Shown here one piece after another: positions 24,491-38,376 of a DNA stretch of 64,000 nt; the stretch's first letter is position 1, and each line of letters starts with the position of its first letter. Origin of the DNA: Lama glama (lineage: Eukaryota); the NCBI GenBank assembly GCA_028534125.1, contig JAPYYK010000270.1, forward strand, positions 186,001 through 250,000. The letters are read 5' to 3'. The position numbers and the translations under genes are program-made. The notes beneath the pieces are model-generated. The model was not told the DNA's origin and did no database searches. It was given only the letters and a program-made list of their open reading frames with translations.

Positions 24491-26769
24491 TCCCAGCCCA
24501 GAGAAGAACAGAAACCGCCAGAGACCCTGATGTCAACAGGAAGGTGTTATCGTTGACGGGTGAATGCAGGCAGCCTCTGGCCCCGTCTGAATGGTAAGAT
24601 TACAGGGCACAGGCAGAGAGATGACGCTAAGAAGGCATCTTTTGAGAGATATGTAACCCCAGAACCCCAGGATGAAGGGACCTCTGCACCCTTTCCAGAA
24701 TAAACCTGCCCTGCTGAGGGTGCCCAAGAACTCTTTTCTCTGGGGATTTGTGGGTGGGTATGAAAAACAGCAAGTAATGATAAAGAATTAACTTTATTGC
24801 CTCATGCATAGATTATAATATTTATTTGGCTCTGACCAAGGCCTGGTGGCAGACGCAGAAAGACTTGAACCACCAACTCAATTTAGGAGGAAGCCAAGAC
24901 GGAAGGTTTGGTATCTCCCAGCGTGTAAGTTCCCCATATTCTTTAATATACAACTTTCCTTTAATAAAACAAAACAAAATCCCCAACAACTTANNNNNNN
25001 NNNNNNNNNNNNNNNNNNNNNNNNNNNNNNNNNNNNNNNNNNNNNNNNNNNNNNNNNNNNNNNNNNNNNNNNNNNNNNNNNNNNNNNNNNNNNNNNNNNN
25101 NNNNNNNNNNNNNNNNNNNNNNNNNNNNNNNNNACCCACACTGAAAAATGGCAGCTTCAGTTCAATACGGAAGCCACTTAAATCTGAATCCTTCAGGTTG
25201 CCATTCACACAAGGCATTCTGCAGCCCTGGCTGACTGTGGGTGGTGGTGTGTCTGCTTCAGAAGGAGAACCTCCTGGTCCAGAATTATATCGAGGAAGGA
25301 GGGGTCATTTAGGCTTTAAGAAAGATACATTGAGGAAAAATAATCTGTTAGCAATGCGCATTCAGTGAAGTTTGGATAGGCCAGGGAAGCCTGGTGGTGT
25401 TTTGGACTGTATAAGAGAAATACGGAATCTTTGTATTTATTGGAGGCATATAAAATACCCAGTTGAGTACTTTTTGCTGTTGTCTTATTTTATTCGCTAA
25501 TTATATTATGTAGCTAAGCCTTTCTCCTCCCCCAAAACGGTAAGCTGCTTGAAGAAAGGACGTATAGACACAGGACTAGTACAATACTCTACGAATAGTA
25601 GGCCCTTGCTGATCCCCCCCACCGTGGGAATTTTATCTGCCTTGCCTCTAGCAGCTGAACTAAAGTCAAATACACAGCGAAAGTTGTTGAAGTGCAATGG
25701 AATCTTGGACTTGTAGCTGGGCCTGATTTGTGCTCTTCTTTGCTGTCTCTTTATAAAACATTACCGTATCTTTTCTTCCTTGGGGACATTTATCTTGTAG
25801 ATAGAAGAGAATCACATTAGATGTTGGTACAGAAATGTTCAAATGATTAATTTTAGTTAGGTGTCTACAAAGATACCTTTTAGGGCAATTACACTACGGT
25901 CCCTTCTCACCTTCTCAGGTGCTGGCAGGCTTGATTCAGTCTGTTAAAGCAATAACAAATAAGCAAACCAATAAACATTCTGACCCCTGGTACTCACACT
26001 TCTGTCCTGCCGTTTCAAACACTGGGGAATGAGAAGGGGTTGCTGATTAAATATGGGAAAATAACTTCATCTTCATAACACCACAGAGTTGCTGTCTTGG
26101 GTAAGAGAGGGTCAGATTTAGAAGTTTAAACATCTGGTAATTTAGGTTCTATTTATTCAGTCACTTAAGCAATGTTTATTAAGCACCTGCTATGGGACCA
26201 GTGCTGCACTAGGTGCTGTTTGCAAAACTAAACAAAGTTTTTACTTTTATGGCGCTCACATTCTAATGGGGGTGGGAAGTCAGAAAATAAATCATAACTA
26301 GAAAACATATAATGTGTGCGGTGAGGCTGAGTGCTGTGAGGATTGTGGTAAGATCTACCTAAAATGCACATGACAGTTTCACTGGTTGATTTTCTGTATA
26401 GACACCCTCTCCTGGTCCTCCCTGCTAGCATCCCATAATACCCGTCGATAACAATACATATTTACTGTCAAGTAAGAGTCATTGTGCTGGATGAGGATTC
26501 AGTGATGAGGACTGATTGGGGAGGAGTGCCTGGGGGAAAATAGAAAGAAACGTCTTTTTTAGGAATCTACCGTAATCTTGAGAGGAACACTTCTAAAGGA
26601 GGGAAGTTGAGGAAAAATAAAGCCAAGCCACAGTCTCTCAAAATGTAGCCTTTTTGCTCATCTATACTTTTGCATCATGGTTTAGTTTAGTTTCTGATTG
26701 TTTAGTTTTCCTCTGTCAAGTGTCTTGAAATAACTTTCATTATCATCCTCCTCACTGTTTCCAAGTGTA

Positions 26770-26786
26770 AGTTTCTGTTTCCTTTC
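26770..26786. promoter_or_regulatory. Distal consensus ISRE upstream of IFIH1
   Basis: AGTTTCTGTTTCCTTTC matches AGTTTCNNTTTCY and adds a third half-site. Confidence 0.5.
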
Positions 26787-29700
26787 TCCTTTGAGGTAGG
26801 AAATTATGCTGACCTGTATAATTTCCTTCTTTTCTAGAACTCCCTTTCCTTTTTAAGCCCAAAAGAAATATTTCAGTCTCCATCAGTTTTAGAAGTCACC
26901 TTTTAGCATTTTGTTCTTTAAGTAGCAATTCAGGGAGATACTAGATAACAAATTCTTGCCGTTAGCCAACTTACTATATGAGGTTTCCACAATTAAGAAG
27001 TAGTAAAAATCATAGCTGCCACTTCTTTGACAAACTAGAACTATAATGTAATGGCCACACATAACAGTAGTGCCTTTTCCAAAGAAAATGACAATAAATT
27101 TAATTTGATGAAGACATGCTTCTAGAATTGTTATTGTTTTTCATTTGTTTACTAAATTGTATCAGTAAAGAGACTACTCTGTATAATTTAAAGTTAGATG
27201 CCCTTCAACTAGCAGAATAGAGTTGTGATTAAGCAGAGAGACCATGAGCTCAGGATGTCAGGATTCACATCTCAGCACTGCCTGTTAATTGTTGTGTGAT
27301 CTTAGGAAATAACCTCAAATTGAGTTCTCAGCTATAAAATGGGAAGGTTGATAATACCAGTACTGTGTCATAAGATTGTTGAGTACTTAGTGCCGGTCCT
27401 GGCACGTTATACGTGCCCTGTTGGTGATTGCCGGCATTCTTAGACAGATGATGAGCAAGAAATGGGGCCAGCCCTCGGTGAATGTACAGTTTATAGAGGA
27501 AATAGCTTAGTTATGCACATAAACATTATATAGTAACTAGCCATTTAATTGCGTTTTTACATAGGATCCTTTTTCACTAGAAACGGAAGCTGATAGGCTG
27601 ATTTAGCAGAAAAGTTTGTTAGAAGGATACTGTTTATATTTCAAAAACATAAATAGGTCCAAAATAGAAAAAGAAATTCTGGCTACGTTTACTAGATCAG
27701 GATACCCATTTCTTAATTACTTCCAAAAATTCAGTTATAAAGTGTTTGGTTTTGAGTGTGCACATGTAAAAGCTTTTCTACATAACGAACAGTTTTGGCA
27801 AAAAAATTAGATGTCACTGAAAAATTTTCCAAGCATCCATTTTGCTAAATGCTTCCCCCAAAGCTTAAGTCCTTTCAAAACCAGTAACTTGCATATTTGC
27901 ACATGTTTTGTTAAAACAGCACCTTTGCCTCAAAAGCATAGAATGGCTGTGCTTCTTTTACTTTATTTTAAAACAAAGGCTTAAGAGCAAACCAAAGGTA
28001 AGTAGAGTGCTGTTATCTTGTCCTTGAAATCGTGGTTGACATTTAGCTATGGGATTAGATGGCTTAGCCTGTGTCCATTCTGACTGAGGAGCGTCTCTAC
28101 TTGTCGCTTAGTACCCACCCCATACAATTAGTTAAATATTTTTATTTCACCTCAGCTCCTGCATAACTGACAAAGTCGTGAAGTAGGAGTAGGGGACATG
28201 AATTATGGCTATAGACTGAGTTATTGGAATCAAATATTGAGATAAGTTGAACCAAACTTTTGAATTGCTTAGTCACAAAGGGTTAAACTAAGACTTAAAA
28301 AAAAAAAGGATCATCAGTTACCAAATATTTTTATTTTAATGCAGTAGATTATATCAATTACATTTTGAAATCTTATTTCCTCTTCATCCGAGCCCTTACT
28401 TTTAAGTTTTTGTTTGTATTTTATGATATGTTATTATAGCTGTAGAAGTGAATATTTTCTAAATAAATATTCATCTATTTATTGAGGTACGTGTTCAAAT
28501 ATTTTAGCTGATAGGGATCGAGAACAAAATACTTGGATACCAGAGCTCCAGAGAACTTCTCAAGGGCTAGAGATTGTGGTAAATTTAAGGAGCAGTATTA
28601 ATAAGAATGGAGAAGGAAGGTGTGGAGGTGAAAGGCAAGAGAGCTCTGGGAAGGGAAAGAAATTCAGCTGTTAGATCTTGGAAGTAGAACACTTCAAATT
28701 GCTAGTGTTATTGCTTTGTGACAAATGTCAGTATACTGAGTTAACACATGGAACCTGAATATATTTCATAGCCTATTGCCAGACATGCTATCCAGCAGAT
28801 TTGTTCCTGAAATTGAATATTTTAATAAAATTCATTTTTATTTAAAAATAGTTTGTATTCACTGCAGAAATTTCAGGGGAGAAATTGTATTGAAGGAGAT
28901 TATATGAATTACTTATAATCCCATCACCCAGAGATAGGCATTATTAGTATTTTAAATGTATTTCTAACCACTATCTTATTGCATAAATATATGTGTAAAT
29001 GCATGTATGTGCACATACATACACACACTCAACATCTGTTCAACAGACAGTGAGCTGATATGGTCTCAGTTGTGAGGAAGAGATTTCCAGGGACCAGCTC
29101 TCCATATGTAGTTCCCATTGACATTCCGAGGGGAGAAAGAACCCGTGAGAGGCTCCCTATGGCAGGGATGGCCAGGATGTGTGAGTGGCAGGGCCCCGGA
29201 TTGAATAACAAGTTCATTCCTGTGTTGTATTTGCTGTACTGACCCTTCTTTGGCCTAGATCTTTCCTGAAAGTCGGCCACATGTAATAGATTTGTGTTGT
29301 GGTGCTTGGATTAGTAAAGGAGACACAGTGGCCCCATGTGGTGGAGCAGATGTGCATAGAAAGTGTATCTGTAGAAAGTGAGACAGGGAGCACAGGCGGA
29401 GAATTCCATCCAAGGGAGGTGCTGAGAGCCGAAGCCCTCTAGGAATCCTCAGACTTCCTGGGATCTGAGCCAGGCTTAGCGTGCTCTGTAAGACAGGAAG
29501 GCCATCTCAGTACTCAGCTGCGAGGTAAAGAACACCCGAGGAAATGGGCCCAGCAAGAGGGATTGATTTTTCTCATGTAACAACTCAATGAGTCATCAAG
29601 GTCAGAACTCTGGGATGTGTTCTGTAATTTTCTTGGCTTTTCTCGCGTGGTTGCAAAATGGCTACAACAGCTCCAAACATCATCTCTTCCTACAGCTTCA

Positions 29701-30266
29701 ATGAAAAGCAGCTTTTTTGAGGGATTGAACATAGAGTCTCTCCCATTTGCCTTTTCCCAACAGTAAAGAAAAATAAAATGTCCCCGGAGTCCCCTAGCAG
29801 GAACTTTGATATGTCTGCTGGGCTGGACCTGGGTTGTGCCCCTAAAGTAAAATGATATCCATTCAAAACTCTAAACAATTCCGATTTCTGATAGTAAAGT
29901 ATTGTTCGTCATAGGAGCGCAAGCCATTTTATACGAATGCGAAAATACAAAAATAATCCAAAGGAGGCTAGAAAAACTTGTGTTCTAGGTGCTTTCCTTA
30001 CCTGAGCACACACATTGCCCTTGAAGAGCTTCCCCATTAGGAAGTTCAGTTCCCTGTTGTGGTAGAAAGTTGTTCTCAGGCCTCGCTGCATATTCGACTC
30101 ACGTGGAGAGAGAGATGTACACAAGTATCCATTGCATCAGAATCTCCACGACTGGAACTTCATTGTCAGTTATTTCTCCTTTCAATTCCGCTTGTGACCC
30201 CACTCCCCAGCCAGAGCTGAGAACTAGGGAGCAGGGCCTCTGTTGGTTTAGGGCCAGCGGAGAGTG

Positions 30267-30720
30267 CAGTTGAGTCTCATTATTTGCTATAAAGGCACTG
30301 AATTAGTGAATACTGAACCGCTGTTTCTGGGGAAGTAGAGAATTAGGTTCCTGTGAGCCACTGGTCGCAACATTCTAAAACCAACCAGTACATAACCTTG
30401 TTTTGTTTGTATTTCTGTTTGAAGACCCCTTATTTAATCTGTATTGTCGACTCATTAACATTGAACTCAGGGTCAACAATACCATGACTCACATCTGAAT
30501 GAAACTTATCTAATACATAGTTTCTTTGTGAGGCCAACACAGCCTTCCTGTGCTCGGATACACTAGATAAAACTTCAGGACTATGCTTGGGGCCATTTTA
30601 AACTCTGAAATCACCAACGAAAGGCACAAAAATGCAAAAAATTTGTACTAAGTATATGGTGAAAAAGACACTGGTTTGCAGGACGAGAACTGAAACAAGG
30701 AACTTGTTTAACCTCAGCTG
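30267..30720. mobile_element. MER82-like TcMar-Tigger element
   Basis: cagttgagtctcattatttg...cactgaattagtgaatactgaacc...ttaggttcctgtgagcc. Confidence 0.65.
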
Positions 30721-31606
30721 GGAAAATTAAATTTTATAAAATTTTAAAATATTTTTATAAAATATATTCCCTGATTACAGCTAAGAGAATTTAATTTTTT
30801 CTCCTCTGAATGCCTAATTAGAACATATGTGTATCTGTGCATCGCATGTGCATGTCTGTGTGCATGTTTGTGTTGAGGGTGTATAGATTCGGCACCCCTA
30901 CGGCAGCTTGCGTCATCCTTTCCTAACCTCGGGACTGGTACACAGGTTTAGAAGTTTATTAGCACGGGTGGTTTCATTTTATTGATTCTTTCTCCCTCAA
31001 ACGCAGTAAAAACCTCAAGAGGGACATACTATATTATGTAGGAGATTTTTAAAATTTTAATGATAGAGTGGTTCCAATTATTTTATTGCTATAAGAGATC
31101 TATTTAAAAATACTTAAAGATGAAGATAAAGAAGGTAAAGATAAAATCACATAGTGGATGAATGTTAAACTGCAAGCATGGACTGCGGGCGATACCTGAT
31201 CTTACACATCTCAGAAAGGTTTTGTTTCTCAGGAGTAGACTGCTTAGGTGCCCATAGATGTGCTGTGGGTTGTTAATTAGGAATCAAGAATGACAGCAAC
31301 ATTTAGCCTTTGTAGAACACTGCAGTGAATGTAGAGAAAACCTGAACTTCCTCACAAAATGAACTCTGAAAGCTGAACCAGGTGCTCAGCTGGGGCCAGG
31401 TACTGCCTGTGGCTTATTCGTTCTACGGAACCTCGATGACTCAGCGTCTCCTCCGCGGAGCCGGCACGCAGAGCAGCGCAGGTCGCGTCCTACGCTTTCA
31501 GCCGTATCCAGGCCATTCTCAGAAGGGGACTCAGCGGGGCAGCCTCCCCTTGCCGCCTTCCTCGGGCGCCTCTGCACTGCCTCTGGCCGCTGATGCCGTT
31601 GCCTCT

Positions 31607-31622
31607 ACCGCCACCTTGTGGG
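31607..31622 (-). promoter_or_regulatory. CTCF motif in an intergenic CpG-rich patch
   Basis: Minus strand CCCACAAGGTGGCGGT. Confidence 0.55.
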
Positions 31623-31959
31623 GTTCTTACTGTCCAATCTTCACTGTGTCAGAACTGACTTCGCTGGTCTCAAATAAAATTGTAACTAGGTGCAGTTACA
31701 GATTTTTTTGGCAGATAGCAGAAAAGGGAGATCATCTATATTTCCCAATGGGAAGATAATTTAGTATAAACTCTAAGTGTTATGTTTTATAAAAACAGAA
31801 CGACAGAAAGAGGACTGATTGATCTGCTGGTAGGGAATTTCCTCATTTTGCAAAGGACAGAGACTTGTAGAAGTCAATAATCAATCTCTAAAATGTTTAG
31901 TGAACGTTTCCTTCAAGAGTTAAAATAGGCAGTAATAACTAGAACAATTGTTTTAAAAC

Positions 31960-32490
31960 CTAGGTTTTATTATTATTATTCCATTACAATGAGGACAGCA
32001 GATCAGGAGATGATTGCCATTGGGAAAAAACAGCTTGTTGCAGTTTCCAAAAGGAGAGGGCATACCGGCCTGTGCCGGGTCACATGGGGGAAGAACCAGG
32101 GTCAAGTAGGAGGTAGGATGAGAAAGGGGAACGCTTGGGCTTTATTTTGGTTTCTGTGGGAAAGGCCAAGCAAGGCAAGGTGAGTGGGGTTAGAACTGGC
32201 TAGACTGAATAATTTCCATAGGCTCTGGGTGTAGAGGCTGTCCCTTGTTGCCTAGTCTGTGGCCCTGGGGAGATTTGTGCAGAGAAATACTGCCCTGTGG
32301 CGTGTAAGAGCCAGAAGTTGAGTTTGGGCTCTGGACTGGCTCCTTGCATTGAAAGGCACGCTCCCTGGTGAGTCTTTCGCTACCTCTAAGAATTGGCTAG
32401 TCCTGGGAGGGGCAGTCTTTCCTCAGTCAGTGAGGCCCCTTGATCCAAGAACATCAAAATACAGAAAATGGGAAAATGTAGTTAGTACAC
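31960..32490. mobile_element. Old ERV solo-LTR-like sequence (family not assigned)
   Basis: LTR-like text (cagatcaggagatgattgccatt...ctctaagaattggctagtcctgggaggggcagtc). Confidence 0.5.
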
Positions 32491-33409
32491 CAATTAACAT
32501 ACTCTGCTGAAACCAGAGAGTGTGGGTGAATGAACGCAATTAGTAGGGTTAATAAAGGGAAATAGTCCTAACTCTGATATTGGTGTTAATTTATTATCTG
32601 CATGATATGGCTAGCTCATAGGTAATTTTCTACAGGAACGTTTCTCAAATGTCAATCAGGAGGAAATACCAAAACTGATCTAAATGATAGAGTCAATAAG
32701 CCTGAAGATACATGTTTGCTGAGTTAACACTTCAAGGTTGGGATCACAATCATTTAATTTTTCAAATTTATACTTAAAAAGCTCTATTTCAGCCACATGC
32801 TTTTCCAATGGAAATCAATTGTGTTTCCTTCTGAACAGTTTTTACTCCATGTGTACATTTATTTAAAATAATATACAGTAAAGAAGTGTTACACAGGAAT
32901 TTTAATTTCAATAAATATTTTATCTTTCTTACCCATATACCTAGATATTTGCTCTCTATATCCCCACTCATCCTTTTTTGGTACTGTCTCTTCATTTAAT
33001 TATGTTTTCTGATATCACTAACTGCCATTTTGACAATTTATGAGCACACTGTGGCCTAAAGATTCTGTTGCTAGGTTACATCCTCCTTTCTCCTCCCCCT
33101 CCCCCTTGATTCTGGGCTGGTTGCCATAGCGCGTCTTGTAATGGGTGGCTCAAGTCTGTACTGGAATCATGGTGGCTGAATAAAAACCTGGGTTCTCTCA
33201 TTCTCCCTCTCTAGTCTACATAGCCTAGCTGCTCAATCAAGCATTTGAATTTAATTCCAGAGAGATTCACCTTTCAACATAATTTTTCTATAAGTACTTA
33301 ACCTTAGGCAGTTTATCTGGATTTTTGCAAAACAGAAAAATTACATAAATTGAGTCTCTAATCAAAGAGTCATTAAATTTTGGCAGAATTATAAGTGTAA
33401 GGCATGGAA

Positions 33410-33860
33410 TTTACTTTTCTTCACCATGTTTGATCTTTTCCACTTGCCTCTAAAGATCCCTGCTCCACCCATTGAATTGTTCCCTAGGAGGCTGACCTTT
33501 ACAGATTGCATTCATGAGCTCCCTTTTCCTCTGGCTTCAGACTGGGATTGGCCAAAGCAATGGCAGAGACTGGAGGCAGGGAAGAGAGTGAGGCTGCTCC
33601 CTTCCATCCAGCTCATGCGTCCCTCTGCTGAAGGTTGTGTTTGTGGTGACCCTCTCCATACGGTTACTCTCACCAGGTTTCGGTGGCTGCTTCCTTCCCT
33701 TGCCCCTCAGCCTAAGGGTGATAATGGATCCTTACTGTTGCTTGCACTAAGGTGATCTGCCATCCCTTATTGGTGCCTCTTAACTATGTCAACACCTTTG
33801 TAAATAGTGACTTTATTACAGTCCCTCAATTACCGTGTTTGAGTGTGTCATCCGCTTTTT
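33410..33860. mobile_element. LTR33-like ERVL LTR
   Basis: ctctggcttc...gggattggccaa...cctaagggtgataatgg...taaatagt...gtttgagtgtgtcatc. Confidence 0.55.
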
Positions 33861-35576
33861 TGGTAGATGTGCCAGCAACTGAGTTTTATGGATAAAAGCA
33901 CATGTTTGAGGTAGGCTCAGTTGAGCAGATCCTGGATGGTGCATTAACTGGGCTCCTTATATCCCCCCGGGTTGATTCTAGCACCATCACTGATCCTGGG
34001 TCCTCATCTATGTTAATATAAGCCCTAATTCCTATCCTCTGGGACCTTACAAGAACAGTACTAAACTCTTTTCTTTTTTTTTTTTTTAACTTCAATTTCT
34101 GATTTGGGATAACTCAAACAATAAAGTGCTTTATAGCTTAATTCTTAGCTTTTAAGCACCTTAGAAAGCTGTAAGCATGGAACTTCATTAATTCACTTAG
34201 TCATTCAAAACTACAGGAACACTGTGGATTGCCATTTTACAAACATGAAAATCAATCAGGTCATGTTTTGTTTTAAAAGTGTTTTGCACTGTTTTGATCT
34301 GTGCCTACATTCACAATGTACCTTATTACTATCTCAGGTTCCTCTTAAAGTGTAATTGGTGCTACTTATTTCACAAGATTGTTGTGAATATCAAATGTAG
34401 TGATCTGCTAAATAGCTGTGAAAAAGCATCATGTGCTATATAAATAAACAGACTGTAATTTTTTTCATTCTTATAACCAGGTCTTATTTCCACCAATAGT
34501 TTGACATTGATGGGGATAGGGGCGGTCTTAGCTTCACACATGCACAAAACACTTGAGGATTAGTGTGCAAATGAGATGGCCAGTCCATAATCTATTTAAG
34601 AACTGGACCACTTTTATATTTTTGATTAAACTGTTTTAGTCTTTGGTAGGTAATTCACACTCACATTATACGGAATCAAGTTACTAAAGGGATAAGCACC
34701 AGCAAAAAATACTCAGTCAACGTTATTTCACTTACAGCTTTCTAGAAGTTCAGTTTTATGAGTGTATGATCTCATATTAATATGGAGTCTGATATTTACA
34801 AGCATGAAACCTGGATTTAAGTTTTAATGTAGGTGTTTTTCCAGTATTTCCCGAGTCACAGATTACTTTACTGAGGCTATTAATCTTAGTGTTGCTGCTT
34901 TTATTGAGCATTAGTTGTGGACACACATTGTGGTCAACATTATATAGAGAGCGTTTCTAAAGAAGTTTGAATTGAATCTAAGTTGCTTAATAGGGTTTAA
35001 CAATCCAAGTGAGGATGTATATGTTCATCCATTCCTTACCTTTCTAAAGAGCACTGTTGACACATATATGCATTACTGTTTATTAAATTGCCTTGGAGTT
35101 TCTGCCAAAGAGTACTTAATATTACCAGAATTAGAAATAGAAAACTGTGTTGTTGAAAGCCTGGCTGAATAAGCTCACTTTGTCAAGTAGCTGGTCTCAG
35201 TAATAAATGGTAAATGGTATCTGGAAGCTTATTATACCTCTCTTTCCTCACTAGTGGGCAGAACCCTTAGGCAGCTGATGAAAGAAACAGTTTTAGATTT
35301 TAAATGAGAGTATTACTGGATAGCTTCATTTTATACTGTCATGTTTTTACGGCTTTTACAAATAACACATATAGAATCTTCATTATTCCATTTTAAAAAC
35401 ACAATGAATAACTTCTGGAGAAAGTATTACAATTATCGCATGTATATCAATTAAAGCAATGGCATAAAATCTATGTGAATATGTTTTAGTGTGAAATAAA
35501 TTCTAGGGTGGATCCACAGTGAATTATACAGACACTTAGGACTAAGTGTCCTCTCTTCCTCACCATTCAGATCTTG

Positions 35577-35955
35577 TGTGTTATAGACTGAACCCTGTTC
35601 CCCTAAAATCCATTTGTTGAAGCTTAACTCCTAGTGTGGTGGTATTTGGAGATGGGGCCATTGGATGGTAGTAAGGTTTAGATGAGGTTATGAAGGTGTG
35701 CCCCTCATGATGGGATGAGTGCCCTTGTAAGAAACAGCAGAGAACTTGCTTCCTCTGCCTCCCTCCAAGGAAAGGCCATGTGTAGACACAGAGAGAAGGC
35801 AGCCATCTGTCACTCAAGGAGACAGTTCTCACCGGATCCCAACCCTACTGCACCTTGATCTTGGATTTTCAGTCTCCAGAACTGTGAGAAATAAGCTCCA
35901 ATTGTTGAAGCCATCCAGTCTGTGGTATTCTGTTATGGCAGCACCAGCTAAGACA
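35577..35955 (+). mobile_element. MLT1A-type MaLR solo LTR
   Basis: tgttatagactgaa...ggtatttggagatggggcc...ccagaactgtgagaaataa...gctaagaca. Confidence 0.8.
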
Positions 35956-36544
35956 TTGTGTGTGCATAATTTCTCAAACTATGTGAATATACAGGTTCCC
36001 AGGATCATTTTGCATGTCTAATAAGCTCCATCTTTAATCCACCAGGTCATAAGCTATTTCTATTATTCATTCATTCTTATGGACAACAGTAACAGAGAGG
36101 GATTAATTTCTCACTTTCATTACCCCTCTCACTTTCATTCATTACCACCGACAGCAATTAATTTTCATTCTAGAGCCATTGTGGAGGAACACCCCCCCTG
36201 TTGCTCAGCAGTTAGTGCATGTGTATCAGGCGGAGAATAGCAGGGTTCACTAAGATGCAGATGCTGGTGGTTGAAAGGCACCCACACTAGTTAAGCTGTT
36301 CACTCCACCCAGCCTTTTAGATCAACAGCCTACCTGACATCGTCATTTAGTCTCATAGGCGTTTCACATCGAGCATGTCCAATGCTGACTTTTGAGCTGG
36401 CCATCCCAAATGCTCTTCCTCCAGTTGCCATCACTGGCAAAGATACACAAAGCTAGGCACTAGTTAAAGTAATAAGGATGATTTATATTGGTAATAAACA
36501 TCTTTTGTCATGTATTTTAACTTTTTCTTTCTCTTGCATTTCTT

Positions 36545-36735
36545 TTTTTTAAATATTTTTATTGAGGTATAGTTGATTTACAAATTTCAGGTGTACAGCA
36601 AAGTGATTCAGTTATACATATGTATATATTGTATATATATTCCTTTTCGGTTCCTTTTCCGTTATAGGAACTATAGGAATATAGTTCCCTGTCCTAAACA
36701 GTAGGTCCTTGTTGTTTATCTATTTTATATATAGG
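36545..36735 (-). mobile_element. Artiodactyl-type L1 3' end (antisense)
   Basis: ttttattgaggtatagttgatttaca...aatatagttccctgt...gttgtttatctattttatata. Confidence 0.8.
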
Positions 36736-38376
36736 GTAATATACTATTAATAATAAGGAAAAATAATAATAGGAAAAAGAAGTCAATGTAAACTGAACTG
36801 AACTTTGATTTGTACAGAGGTGACTGTGTGTTTTAAAGGGAGAATGAGGGAGTAAGTGGGGGCTTTGCAGAATCAGGGAAGTGGAAAAATTATAAAAAGC
36901 AGGAAGAGGGGTCTAGTCCGTGTGAAACCCATCTGGGTTTGCTAACTGGTGCCTCCTTAAGAAGGGGAGGTTTGAGCAAAGGCTTAAAGGACATGAGCAA
37001 GTCAGACATGACATTTCTGTAGGAAGAATATTCCAGGCAGAACTAGAGCTACAGTCCTAAGGCAGAAGCCCGCTGACCTGCTTAGAGAGCAGCAAGGAGG
37101 CCAGTGAGTCTGGTGTGGAGGGAGCCAGAGGGGCAGCCAGCGGGGAAGGAGGCTGCCTTGAGCGGCCCACTGGATCCTGCGACCTCCTCTGTCACCTCCC
37201 TTCCCGTACTTCTGCTTTCATTTTCCTTTTGTTCCACAGTATTTATCACCTTCTAACATATTATGTAATTTACTTACTGGTTATCTTATTATTGTCTGTT
37301 CTTCCTGCTAGAATATAAGCTCCACAAGGGCAGGGAATACATCCTCCCACCCCCACTGATGTCCGTTTTTCCATCTAAATTTGTATTACAATATGGATGT
37401 TCAGTAAATATTTGTTGACTAAATGAATTAGGCTATTTATGTGAAATTTCTTAGCGATATAAAATAAGCTCCATTAATGTTTTTCATTAGATGGTAGGTC
37501 TCATTATAGTATTTGGCATATAAATCATTTCTAAGAGAAGGGCAGGCTCTGGCTCTGGAACTGAAGTTGGCTGAGGAGCAGTAAATACTTACTCTTGTCT
37601 TTCATGTAACTGTTTCTCCACCTGTAAAGAGAAGGAGGAAGAAACAATTCATATAGAGGGAAAGAGAAAATGAGGTGGCAACAGATAGGGAAAGGAACCA
37701 TAGTTATTTCAGTGATTATATTGTACCAGTAAATGTGCTGGTTAATTGAATATCTAAACTTACAATAAGACCAAAGACCACCAAGATTTGGAAGAAATAT
37801 TATAAGTAGACATAGTCATGAAAACTTTATGGTCACTGTTTCCAGCATGTATCCTGTGGAAGAGGAGTAATTATTGGCTGATCTTAGTCAAAACCATGCA
37901 TTTTCTTGTTAATTTCTCTAGTTATGGGTGTGCCATTTCCCTGCTCTTTAAGCCCTCTCCTCTTCTAGTGTAAATCATTTTTATTATATTTTCAAATACT
38001 ATGTTTGTTGCCAGAGAGAGAGGGGAAGTGTATTAAGAGACCACATTCTACAGCCAAACTTCCTGGGTTCTAATCTCAGCTTTGCTGCTAACTATGCAAC
38101 CCTGGAGAAGTGACAGACAACTCTCCACCTCACTTTTTTTGCATTTGTAAACTGGAGGGAATAACAGTACATATCTGATGGGGTTGTCTTGGGAATAATA
38201 CCTCACAGCACAGTGCCTGTTACATAGTATTCCTTCTAAAAATAGCTATTTTTATAGAATAATGGAGCATTTTCTAAAAAAAAAAGTATATATTTTCTAT
38301 ACATTACATTTTCATAAAATGGTTTCATTCATACAATATTAACTGAATCACGAAGGCAAATTTTCATTACTATTAC

